From Isurus oxyrinchus (Eukaryota): 64,000 nt of DNA. Below the pieces are notes generated by a model. It searched no databases. It worked only from the letters and a program-made list of their open reading frames with translations, and was not told the DNA's origin. The translations under genes and the position numbers were made by a program. The stretch lies in contig JANJGN010000013.1 in assembly GCA_026770705.1 (NCBI GenBank), positions 42,904,001 to 42,968,000 on the forward strand, read 5' to 3'. Positions 51,151-63,032 of the stretch are shown here, in pieces (positions within the stretch are counted from its first letter, which is position 1; every line of letters begins with the position of its first letter).

Positions 51151-51664
51151 CATGGCAGATGGTGGAATTTGAATTCAATAAAAAAAATCTGGAATTAAAA
51201 GTCTAATGTTGACCATGAAACCATTGCCGATTGTTGTAAAAACCCATCTGGTTCACCAATGTCATTTAGAGAACGAAATCTGCCGCCTTTACCTGGTCTG
51301 GCCTACATATGACTCCAGACCCACAGCATTGTGGTTGGCTCTTAAATGCCAAGGGCAATTAGAGATGGATAATAAATGCCAGCGACACACACATCCCACA
51401 AATGAATTTTTAAAAATACCCAGATCCCAAAGTTGGCCAGGGCATTGAAAGAAATTCTCCACTCTTCTTCAAATACTGCCAGGAGACATTTTAAGTCCAT
51501 CTGAAGTCAGAAGACAGAGCCTCATACTTAAAACCTCACCCGAAAGATGACATTGTTGTTAATGCAGAACAAAGTGTCAGCTTGGATTATGTACTAAATT
51601 TCTGAATTGAGATGTGAACCCACAAACTTCTGAGTCAGAGGCAAGCAAGCCATTTGTAAATCGT

Positions 51665-51860
51665 TCAGCCTTCTATCCAGCTTCCCTTGTTCCACCCCCC
51701 TTTAAACAGTATATATTTTACCACATTTCTGCTTCCCTTTAATTCTGTTGAAGAGTCATATGGACTCAAAACATTAACTCTGTCTTTCTCTCTACTGATG
51801 CTGTCAGGCCTGCTGAGTTTTTCCAGCATTTTTTGTTTTTGTTTCAGATTTCCAGCACCC
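51665..51860 (+). mobile_element. Penelope terminal fragment with decayed hammerhead (CTGTTGA core)
   Basis: CTGTTGA-AGAGTC-ATATG-GACTC-AAAAC plus the standard terminal sequence. Confidence 0.82.
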
Positions 51861-52402
51861 GCAGTATTTTGCCATTTATAAATCATGTTGAATCATGAAA
51901 GAAATCTGGAAGTGATAGACTCAATGTTGTTTATGTCCGGTCTTTGCAAAGTTATTGTCAGTTGTGTCACACAGTATGGCACAAAAGGTGGAGAGTTGAA
52001 CACAGTAAAGGGTAGGTCAAGGATACCCAGAACCTCTAAACATACCAAATATGAATAATCCTGACTCAATACCTCTCCAGGAAGGAGTCAACAGAAAGTG
52101 CCAAGGAGACCCATAACAAAGGGAGTGGATGTGGGAACACTTGCACTGAGGATATTCTGAAGTGTTTTCGACTGAAGAGAAGTGGCTCAGCTAAATAGGT
52201 TCACCTGCAATTAAGAAACTGAGCTAACTTGGAGGTTAAGAGTAAATAATAGTTATTTTGGGAATGTTTCTGTTTTGATTTTCATTTCCTAATCTTTGTC
52301 CATCTGTTTCTAAAATGTTAAGATGAAGATAAGTTATTTTTTTCAATTGCTGCGTGTGTTTTACTTGCTCGGTTACTGTTTTTTAATTATCTTTTAAAAC
52401 GG

Positions 52403-53299
52403 TGTTATCAAGAGGGAAAACACCAAACTGCAGCGCATGGAAACACTGGCAACATTGTATGTAGAGTGGAACTGTCATCGTGGTCAGCTTGACTAATCAG
52501 AATAAGCCCTCCAAAGCAACAGAAGAAAGAAATCCTAGCCAATACCAAGTAGCTCCATCTGGGCTTGTCATTACAAAGGATGAGCAACATCCAATCATTT
52601 TCTGGTTGGAGAACAGGGCTGGGTACAGCACATCTTATTGTGTTAGTCAATATTCTCAGCAATCACTCTGATGATATCAAACTATCACTCACAACTATTC
52701 AACAATAGACTATAGGCAGTACTAAGATATGCAATGTCCATTAAATCTCTACAAGCATTTCAAACTTTAACCAAGGAGAAAATTGCAAACTTCATAATGA
52801 ATGGTGGTAGAGGTTTGATAAGTAAATTGACAAATCAGTTTGAATTTCGTGTGGGCTCAGAATGCCGTACCAACTTCCAACAGCAAGGTCTGTTCCCTTG
52901 ATTCCTTCTCTTGGTCGACCAGGATGAATCATCTATTGAACCTAAATTTGTCCCACTCTTCAACCAGAGAATGAGTTCCCAATGCAATCCTGCCTGGTGA
53001 CTAACAGAGAACAGCCTTTTCCCCTGTTGCTCACAGCAGCTGCTATTTCCCTGCTTTTCTCTCCAGGACTCCCTCTTTCTCTCTCACGCTCTGTCTCTCT
53101 CCAGGAGCACTGATTCAGTAAGGCTGCACATGGCAAAGCCAGCTACACCTTTCTTTGTGTTCAGGTGGATAACTGGCACTTTAACCCCAAATTTATTACA
53201 TACGGTACGGGTAATATCCTGTTATTACATTTAGCCATTAAACATTTTGTCTTGGCAACATCAAAATGCTTAACCTGTAACAACTAACTGCCTGTGACA
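52403..53299 (-). mobile_element. LTR-like repeat A
   Basis: TGTTA...TGACA termini; ~53005-53185 is similar to ~54790-54960. Confidence 0.5.
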
Positions 53300-54084
53300 G
53301 TCAAAAAATAAAGTTGAGTTTGGATGCGTTCTTAGAATTCCAACTCTCTTGCAAATGAGTGTTTACTACATGTGGCTCCACTTCCATCTCCATTTTCTTT
53401 TTGCGTAGTTTTTCAAGCTTTTCCATGTCCTGGGTTAGAAAATTGTTACTTGGTTTGGTTAACTTTGTTAAGCACAACATTGTCATCAGGGTGTTGACCT
53501 TTTAACATAATCTTTGAACTACCCTGTTTATATTTTAACTCCCCATCTCCATTTTCTTCCATGACTGCAGGTTTTATAATGTCCAAATCTGTAAAGAAAT
53601 TCTCAACCAGCTACATATTTGAATTGTTCTTATCTTGTTTAAAAGCGGGATTAATTTTATCTTTAAATTCATTCCCAAACATTCAGTGTTCTTTTCCAGG
53701 AGATGCAGGTTTAGCACTGCCTCCTTCTATGCACGCAGTTCAATTTTCTGTTTCTAACCCCTTTAGCTGCTTTAAGACCTTCGTTAAGCATATGTTGGTG
53801 ATCAGACAGAAAAAATTGACACACTCCTAGTCCGTTCATGAATACTTTTAAATTCTTTTTGTTTTTCATCTTCCCACTCAGCACGAGCATTGTCCAATTC
53901 TTTTCTGGCAAGAGCAATAGCTTTGTCATTCTGAAGTTTAATTTACATTCAAGTACATAAATCCTTCCCTATAGCTCTATGGTATCATTATTGGCTGTGG
54001 CTGAGTCTTTCGGTTTCAAAGCAATGCTTTCCTTTGTTCCATCATCAGATAGCTGCTGCTATCTGCTTTGACACCTCTTGCTTA
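53300..54084 (-). pseudogene. CEP152: Decayed fragment of centrosomal protein 152 (CEP152/asterless)
   Basis: Frameshifted translation EVSKQIAAAI..IEL*GRIYVLECKL/KLQNDKAIALARKELDNARAEWEDEKQKEF..QFFLSDHQHMLNEGLKAAK..KQKIELRA*KEAVL..FKDKINPAFKQ..LVEN. It is colinear with recalled human CEP152 ([96 protein letters not shown]..LVEN). Confidence 0.75.
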
Positions 54085-55115
54085 TGTTACAATCTGGTTC
54101 GGGACCAGTAACATTTAAAGACAAATACAAATACCTCGTTTGAATCAATAGAACTACACCACAAGATTTGACTTTTTTTTAACAAAACACAAGCTCTACT
54201 GTATATTGAACAAATTAAACAAAACAAATATGATTAAGCTAACACTATAGCTTATACCCACATATACTAGGCCGTTAGGCTTAGTTATTATTTCTTCCTA
54301 GAATTCTCTCATATTACAATATCGTAAAGTTATTTATTTCCATAGGGAAAAGTCAAAACCTCTGGAAGATATTTTGAATTCTTCTCAGCTCCAGTTATTC
54401 TCAGAGGTAAAACTTACATATACCATCTCTTGGATGTGGATGTCTCAGCCCCTTGTTCTGGCTACTTTTCCAATACATTCAAGCTGATCTGGTGGTTGCT
54501 TTCTTTGCCACAGATTCTGTGAAGCCCACTGTAGATTTTTCCACAGGCTTCAAACCATGTGATCTTCCAGCTTCTGATCCAATTCATTTCAAACTGAAAT
54601 TAAGCCTCACCTGCATTCCACATGGTGAATGATGAAGCTAGTTTCTTTTTACTCTGCTTACAGTGCAAGTCTATCTGTCAGTTACTTTGGCTATCTTCAC
54701 TCAATAACCTGCAAGCTGCTCACACCTGGTCCACGCTACAACTACTGAGCTTGGATGACTCTACACCCCTAAAATGGCCTGAACCAGTTTCAGACAACAG
54801 TCTTTTGCCCTGCTGTTCACAGCAGCTGCTGTTTCCCTGTCTCTCTTTCTGGGACTCTCTCTCCCTCTCTCTCTATCCAGGATGTCTGAGTCAGTAAGTC
54901 TGCACACAGTAAAGCCAGTTGCTCCTTTCTATGTGTCCAGGTGTAAAAGCTGGCATTTAAGTTTCAATAGAACTTGAGCTGGCCCCCAACCCCCATGGCA
55001 ACCACATAGGCTTGGCATTGGGCAGAACTATTAGGAGATCACATGCCTCTCTCCACTACTCAATTTTATCTTTAAAAGAGACGGTCTAAAATATAACCAT
55101 TAAATTGTTATGACC
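54085..55115 (-). mobile_element. LTR-like repeat B
   Basis: Begins TGTTAC, ends near TTATGACC; composition resembles the 49235 and 61365 LTRs; shares a segment with repeat A. Confidence 0.5.
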
Positions 55116-57564
55116 GCTGGATATTATAATTAGTTGCTTTTTTGATCTAGCAACCATCGTTCTCTGGTATACGCTCTACTTCCTTAAACCTGCCTCTTTA
55201 ACCAAGCGTTTGGTCAACTAATACCTCCTTCTTTGGCTCCATGTCAATATTTGTTTCAGTATGGTCCTGTGAAGTATTAGTCCAAACTAGAGTTCCACTT
55301 AAAGGTATACATGACCAGTTCCACTTTAAGGTATACAAGACCAGTTCTGATCAGTACCAATCATTTCCCAAGTTTTGCTGGTTTTTCCCCAAAAGGTCTT
55401 ATTATGTTAAAGTCACCATATAAATGAAAGTTGTTGATGTGTATGACAAGTACTTTTATAAATAATCTCACATATTTGTAATGATCTAAACTGGCTATTC
55501 TCATATGGCAGACGCAGAAACTTTGTAAAATGTTTATGAGTCTACAGGCAAACAATTTCTGTTGTGTAGTGCTGCCAAACCAGCAGTGCTTGGAAGCAGC
55601 ACTGAGTGGGGAGTAGGGTCATTCTGAGTCTTTCTCCTTCTATTTTTTTCTGGGTGCATTTGTTAACCTCACCAACTCTGAAGCCATTGCCTCCGTACAC
55701 ACATTAAGAGCCACTGAATGCATGCTTAACACCAGTCAATAATGCGATACCTTGAGTACACTGCATTCAATCCAATTAATCAAAATTATCATTGCAATTA
55801 ACTAAGATAATTCTGTGGAACTCGCTAACACAAGGAGCAGCTAAAGCAAATAGCACGGATATCTTTAAGGGGATGCTCGATGGAGGCATGAACAAGAAAT
55901 GAATCGGAAGTTGTGCTGATAGGGTTAGATGGGGAGGCTTGTGTACAGTGTAAATGCTAACATAAACCATTTGGTCTGAATGGCCTGTTTTGTGCTGTAA
56001 TTTTTATGCAATTCTATGTAATAATCATATCAACTCATTCTAATAGAATAGTGATTTGGTAGATGAGTATTATACTATAAATGCATTTTCAATGAGCGGT
56101 CATTCTTACAATTCAGAGCTTGTGCTAACTAATTTGCAGCTGAGAATTGTTTATTAGCTTAAATGAAAATATTGATATATTATCTGCTCATATATTCTGA
56201 GGTTGTTTAGGGGGGAAAGTGAAAACACTTTATAGGAATTACAGTGTATCTTAGGAGTTCAACTGTCATGTAGCTGGCAAGGGGTGAATAGAAAGATCAA
56301 AGGCACTGCCAAAGCCACAGACATTTCTCTGGAAAGTCAGCCATCATCACCACAGACGGCTCTTCTAGAGAGAAGGCATGAGACAGCCAACAACATTTGT
56401 TTAAAAAAAAAGCCCCCGTGTGAGGGCCTCATGTCTATACCTTGATTAAAAACTTGACTAAAATATGTGACCTGGGCAGAAAAAAGTTTGAAGAGAATTA
56501 CCATTTCACCTCTGACAGCCTGATAGATATGTACCGAAGAGTGCAGCTTAGTGCTTATGTTATCAATTAATAAAAGGTAATTTAGAAGTTTGAGTTGGAA
56601 TGATGTGCCTGTTTTTTGATGTTGTAAAGACAATTCATAATTATGGAATAGCATTTCTTTATCTTAGAGCTGCCTAAACATTTTGCCCTGTAATTATTTT
56701 GCATACAAAGTTAGCTACCGGGATAAATACAGATTTCATTTAATTGAAAAAAAGTTGAATAAGATGAGTGGTTGGCATTAACTAAAGAATGAAACATTCT
56801 ATAAAATATAGATTGTATTTGTCAGTGTCTTCACATGTATGTTAGAATAGCTAAAATAGGTCTGTGCTTAATGCTTTTCTCTTGATCATTAAATCATTGA
56901 TAAGACATTTCCTTTTGTTAGAGGAATAGACTGGACTTAATGGCTATCTGAAACTGTACCTGCACAACATCACTTTGACCAGACTCCCAACATGTTCCTG
57001 TATTAACACCATTATACAAAGATAGTGAAAATTAATGCAGTAAGAAGTAAACTTTTACATGGTGTTTCAACCAAGTAACATTAAAAGTTAAAAGGAAGAT
57101 TCTACAACAGAACATTATTAAACGGTTATTGTTTTGAGTTGTTCAGAAGTAGACTATAAAAGCCACTTTCAGTTATATTATTTTTTCAAAATGTTCACAT
57201 AAAATTTGACTCCTTAGTTTGTTGAGCCATTTATATTTTTGCTTAATATGCAATTTTACATTGTAATTGAAATTTTAAACTTTTAGTGCTGGGCACTTTA
57301 TTTTCCAAGCCATTCTGTTTTGCTTCTGGTGGATTAAACCTTGATCCAATATTTCTCCACATTTTAAATTTAGCTTCTGTTATTATAAATCAAAACAAAA
57401 AAGCCAGCCATTTGGATTGCAGCATTGGCTGGGTTCGGTACACTGAAAGCATGTGCAAATTTGGATCACAATCCCTCTGTTCTGAACTGTTTTGGAGTTT
57501 GAGCTTTCAGTTGGAATCTTTGCGAAATCCTATCACTTGCGGTTCATTTGATGTTTAAGAGAAA

Positions 57565-58015
57565 AAGAAACACTTGCATTTGTATAGTGCTTTTCTTGAC
57601 CAGATGAGGTTGGAAAGAACTTTACAGCCAATGAAGCACTTTTGGAATTTAGTTACTGCTGTAATGTAAAAAGCGCAGCAGCCAATTTGTGTGCAGCAAG
57701 CTCTCACAAACAGCAATGTGATAATGATCAGGAAGTCTGTTTACTTTTCGATGTTGATTGAGGAATAAATATGACCAGGACACCAGGGATGTCTCATCTC
57801 TTCTTCAACATAGTGCCATGGGACCTTTTATGTCCATCTGGGAGGGCAGAAGGGGCCTCGATTTAATGTCTCATCTAAAAGATAGCACCTGTGACAGTGC
57901 AGCACACCCTCAATGCTGCACTGGAGTGTCAGCCTTGATTTTTGTGCTCAAGTTCTGGAGTGGGATTTGATACACAACCCTTTGGCTCAGAGGACAGACT
58001 CCTCCCAACTAAGTC
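57565..58015 (-). mobile_element. Deu-domain SINE, near full length
   Basis: Reverse complement of the 229-533 family, extending to a tRNA-like head (GGGATTTGATACACAACC, B-box-like). Confidence 0.78.
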
Positions 58016-58341
58016 ATGGCTGCCACAGAAAGAGGTCCATTACTGAAGTCACTGAAATGTAAGTTTTCAAGAAACATATAATTAACATAGCAATTAAGCA
58101 GCATGTTCATAGGCTCTTGATCTATTAACTGGAGAAATGACTCGGGCATCAGTGCAATTTAATGCCTTATTTTTACTAGCCAAGCCACTTGGACATAATG
58201 GTAGAATAAGTGATATGCATTATTAAATGTAATTTACATCGGAGATCAGCAATCCAAATTAAGTTTATTTAATCAGAATTTTATTTATGCGTTGAAAGTG
58301 CTGACCTTTTTCGATTTCAGTTGGATACATTTCCTAACTTT

Positions 58342-58469
58342 GGCCGGGATTTTCTGGCCCCATCATGGCAGGACCTGCCGCAGGAGATTCGGCAACCCAG
58401 CTAGAAGTCAATTGACTTTTGACGGGGCCGGACGGTCTGGGAAGTGGACGGGGCTGGAAGATCCTGGCC
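58342..58469. mobile_element. Small MITE
   Basis: Imperfect 20-bp inverted termini GGCCGGGATTTTCTGGCCCC / GGGGCTGGAAGATCCTGGCC with TTT flanks. Confidence 0.7.
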
Positions 58470-59830
58470 TTTGCATTCTGATCTGCCATGAACTTCAGAC
58501 ATTTGGATGGATCCCACTGTGATATTTTTGATTATTTCTATTAATCGTCATATGTAGTACACGTCTAAATTTCTAAAACATGTTCACAGCAGCAGGGAAA
58601 CCCATCAGCAGGACAGTTGGAAAATTGCCCAGGAAGATGGCTGCCCCCATTGGCAGCAAGTATTATGGTGGTCAAGGAGGGGGGGGATCAATATGGCGGG
58701 AAGACCAAAAATCGGTTTCGCATTGTCGTGAAACCAGTTAGCCATTGTCCACTCCACCTGTCAATGGCGGGCCGCCTTTCATGCAGTCCAATGTTGGGAA
58801 TGTAATTTTAATGCATTTGCATCTCATCGTCTTGCCTGCCCACTGGAATCACCCCCCAACGTCGAATTTACCTCCACATTGGCATGACTTCAGAATGATA
58901 TGATACACAACAGCATTTAAAAGGCGTGCACCTGGCGAGCTGAATTTTGACAGGGACTCGGAGGTGAGTGCACAATAACATTGCACAGCGCTCGCGAGGG
59001 TCACCATTCAAAATCAAGGAAGATGCACCGTGAATATAGGCGAGGGCACAGGCAAGTTGCTTTTTCCCAGCTGGCTGACAGTATGATACCAGGGCAAGGG
59101 CTGCATTGTAGTTGGATCAAGGGGGGACAAGGCAGCATGGTCTGATGGTAGTGCACAAGCACATGCGGGTGTGGGGGGGGAAGCATTAAAGAAACCTTGT
59201 ATTAAGTGAGCATTCTTCCACAGCTGAGACAGTTCCCGCACTGCTACGTTGACATGTTTGGAGTCGGGCCTCCAGCTTATCTGCCCACTTAAGTAATGCA
59301 GAGGCATGAAAGTGCAACCAAATGTTGCTGAACCTTTCACATCTCGGGCACAGGCTACAAACTAATTAGCGTTTTAGGGGGCTGCAGAACAATTGGATGT
59401 CTGGGCAAGTTGTACAACCTCCTTGCTAAAGCTGGCCAAGGAACAGTCACTGGTGGAGGCGCTCACAGCCCCTTGCAATGTCATCATCCCAGTTTGGACC
59501 AGTCTCCCCATGGTTCGAGCTAACAGTGCAGCCCTGCACTGTGGGTTAGGAGAATGGCTGTACCTGAGCTGACTGCACAACATCCAGTCCAATGGACGAA
59601 GCTGCCACCAATCTGTCAGGTGGAGTGGGGCGGGAGTGGGCAGTGTTTTAAGCAGCAATGCAGCGCACTAAACTCTGGCCATCCAAGTGGTGGCCACCAC
59701 TCTCTGGCATGCATTAAGGGGCCTTGAGACAGAGCTGGAACCACACACATAATCATGTGAGGTCCCTAGGAGACCACTGCTAACCCTCGTATCTCTATCT
59801 TTCATCCTGTAGGAGGAGTACATCAGGAGC

Positions 59831-61032
59831 ATGGATGACCTAGCAGTATGCCTCATGACTTACAGGGAGCGGAGATGAAGGAGAAGGGAATGACAGAAGT
59901 GCCCAGCTGGGCAGAGGGAGGAGCAGCATCCTCAAGAAGAAAGCGCAGCTGGGGCTCCTACGCATGCCACTGAAGAGTCACAGCAAACCATCACGGGTCG
60001 GCGCCTAGATAGACCCAGTCTCTACAGACAGCGCTTGTCATTCCTGCAGTTGACTGAGAACCAGTCTCACCAAAGACTGCATCTGTCCAGGGAACTGGTC
60101 AGTAACATATGCCATCTACTGCAGGATTTGGTGCCACAGGGACATGGAGGGCATCCAATCTCAGTGGCTATGAAAGTGACCACGGCACTCAATTTTTATG
60201 CCAGTGGCTCCTTCCAGGATTCCACAGATGACCTATGTGGTATCTCGCAAGCTTTCACATAAATGCATCCAGGAGGTCATTTCAGTAAAGGCACACAACT
60301 TTGTGCATTTCACTTGGGATCAGGAAAGCCAGGAAGCAAGAGCACTGGGATTTGCACAGACCTCTGCTTTTCCATAGGTGCATGGTGCCATCGACTGCAT
60401 TCATGTGGTGCATAGATCTCAGTGGAAACAAGAGGTCAACTGCTTCAACTACAAGAACTTCCACTCACTGAAAGTTCAGCTGGTGTGCGACCACCATAAA
60501 TGCATCCTGCAGGTCTGCACACAGTTCCCAGGGAGCATTGATGGCTGCTACATTCTCAGCAGGTCTCAGATCCCTGATATCTTCCAGGGTCAACAGAGGC
60601 TGCAGGGTTGTCTCCTTGGGGACAAGGGCTACCCACAGAGAATGTGGCTGATGACACCTGTGCAGCGGCCTGACTGCAGCAGAGAGAAGATACAATGAGG
60701 CTCATGCTGCAACTCACACTTTGGTGGAGCAAATCATTGGGATGTTGAAAATGATTTTCTGGTGGAGCTCTGCAATACAATCACACATCATCATTGCCTG
60801 CTGCGCCCTTCACAACCTGGCACTGCAAAGGGGGCAGATGCTGCCTGAGGATGAGATGGAGGAGCTGCATATCTCCTCCAATGAGGAGGGCGTCAATGGA
60901 GACGAGGGTGCTGAGGTCCGCAAAGGTGAGGATGATGGTGATGAGGCCATTGTGTTGTCCAGACGAGGCAGGCGTGCTTGGGAGTCCCTCATAGCCACTT
61001 GATTCATAGAGGGTGATGACGACATTCAGTGA
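59831..61032 (+). pseudogene. Harbinger DDE transposase, disrupted
   Basis: [71 protein letters not shown]. Confidence 0.92.
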
Positions 61033-61364
61033 GGACACTCCAAAGATCCTCACATTGCATCCGTGAATGTTTGACTCCAGTCTGGCTGATGGCAGTGCAC
61101 ATACCCTCTGTGATAAGACTCCTGTCATGGAGACGCAGTGGATTCCCATAGTCCCTACATTCCAGGAGAATGATGATGATATACAGTGGGGATACTCCAT
61201 TGACCCTCACATAGTTTATGTGGATTATCTTTCTCCTGTCTGGCTGATAGCAGCTCACTTGCACTCTGTGAACAGAGTCATATCATGAAGATGCAGCGGA
61301 GAAACTTCAACTTCTCCTGATCCTATGGCACCCTTAGTGAGCTGAATTCTTCAGGACCACAGTG

Positions 61365-62655
61365 TGTTATGATTCCAGCTGAGGTTACCCCTGGACGAGA
61401 CTGATCCAGAGTGGAACACAGCTTGGTCGATCCTAACAATTTGTTTGTTTAGAAGCGTGGAGAGTGGCTACTGAACAGTCACAGAAGTCAGCTGATGAGC
61501 TTTTAACAAAAGAATAAAACATTTATTTAACAAGAAAAGATGAACTATATTACAATGTTCCTTCAACTGCAACTATACCTTTACAGATGTAAACAGATTT
61601 GTAAGGATAACACAAGTTACAAAAGCTATCTTATCCTTTAATGTCCACAGTAAGTACACAGTTCATGTACCAATAGGCAAGCTGTGGTCAGACACACAAA
61701 ACTCTGAAACCAAGTGACAGGTGCCACCCCGGACAGATGCTATGGACCCCTCTTCAACTCCCCGCCAGACATTTGTTCCACTGTAAGCCAACCACTGTCA
61801 CTGAACTCCATCTTTCACTCAAGGGTTTCCAATCTCCATTTTCCAAGAGCTCACCTTGGAGTCCTTTCCCTAACCAATGCTTTCTCTCAGACGCCTTCTG
61901 CAAGGGTTCACTTCCAAGGTTTTGAACTCTCCTTCCAATGTTCCTCTTCCCTGGGTCACTGCATGCATTCAAGCTTTCTTCCATGCAATCAGTACACAGT
62001 CAACAGTACACCACCGCTTCACATGCTCATAGCAAAGAGTTAGAAATCTTCAGTTGTCTCTTTTGACCTTCTTGCCTCTTGCAAGCTGTTCTCACTTTAA
62101 ATCTGTTTTCTGTAGCTTTTGTCTCTTTGAATCCGAAGCTTGGAGCTTCTCTCTCTACCTCTCACTCTTAACTTCACTTAACAGGATCTTTTCCAGTTCC
62201 TGCCCTTCCTTTGACTGGAAGGTCTGCTTGGGACTTTCTCCAGTTCCACTCCCCTGGATTTTGGGGTCTTTTCTCTAGCTTAGGACTGGCTATCTGTCCA
62301 CTTTGGTCCAGTCTCTCCTGGCAGCTGTCTTCAAAACCAACTGAACTCAAACGGCTTCCAAAATCAAAACTACTGTTTCTAGTTTCTTTTATGTACCTGT
62401 GGGAGGGACCTGCCTCTCTGGACCCCTGTTGCCAGGCAACAGCCCAGTTTCTCTATTCTTGCTTGTTTAACTTAGCTTAGAGTTGTAAAACTCTCATTAG
62501 AATTGCAGGCACCTTTTAAAGTGAAACTAAAACTCAATCTGACCTTTTCTTAACACAAAGAAATGCAAATCAAACTTAAACTTTAAAGCTAAAGCTCATT
62601 CCTAATGCTCACAAATGCAAATATAATTTATTTAAACTATCTCTACTTCCTAACA
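61365..62655 (-). mobile_element. Solo LTR-like insertion within Harbinger copy 4
   Basis: TGTTA...TAACA termini; the flanks rejoin to match copy 2 at ~20930-21000; no TSD visible. Confidence 0.72.
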
Positions 62656-63032
62656 CCAGGCACAATTGCTGATGAGTTGGGGGTCCAGCTGCATCTCAGA
62701 AGTGCTGAGAGCCCTCAGAGAAAATGATGGAGCTCTGTGCCACCGGCCCAGGACATTCTGGCAGCAATGATAAAGCCCCATCGAGGTGCAGGCATGAATT
62801 ATGTGTCCAGTGACTGTGGAGGTGCACCATCAATGTTCTGGGAAGGTTGCACACAAAGCACAGGGAAGAGACACCTGCCTTTATCTTGTGCAAGAACCAA
62901 GGTTTCACTTCAGACTGACACGGCATTGCTCATCATAACAGGCAGCCATATCCAGGGTGAAACTGTTGGGAATTTACTTACAACAGTTAACATTATGTAC
63001 AAGTGATTAATGCTCATGCCCATGCAGTAAAA

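Noticed and set aside
53711-53929. ORF initially read as a Gypsy gag fragment
   Set aside because: Alternative frames give a much longer colinear match to CEP152, and no gag motifs are present.
54091-54107. TGGTCCCGAACCAGATT on the minus strand as a primer-binding site
   Set aside because: Lies inside the inferred LTR boundary, is not preceded by a CA terminus and matches a tRNA end only loosely.
55289-55347. 26-bp tandem duplication
   Set aside because: Only about two units with no spacers; ordinary slippage, not a CRISPR-like array.
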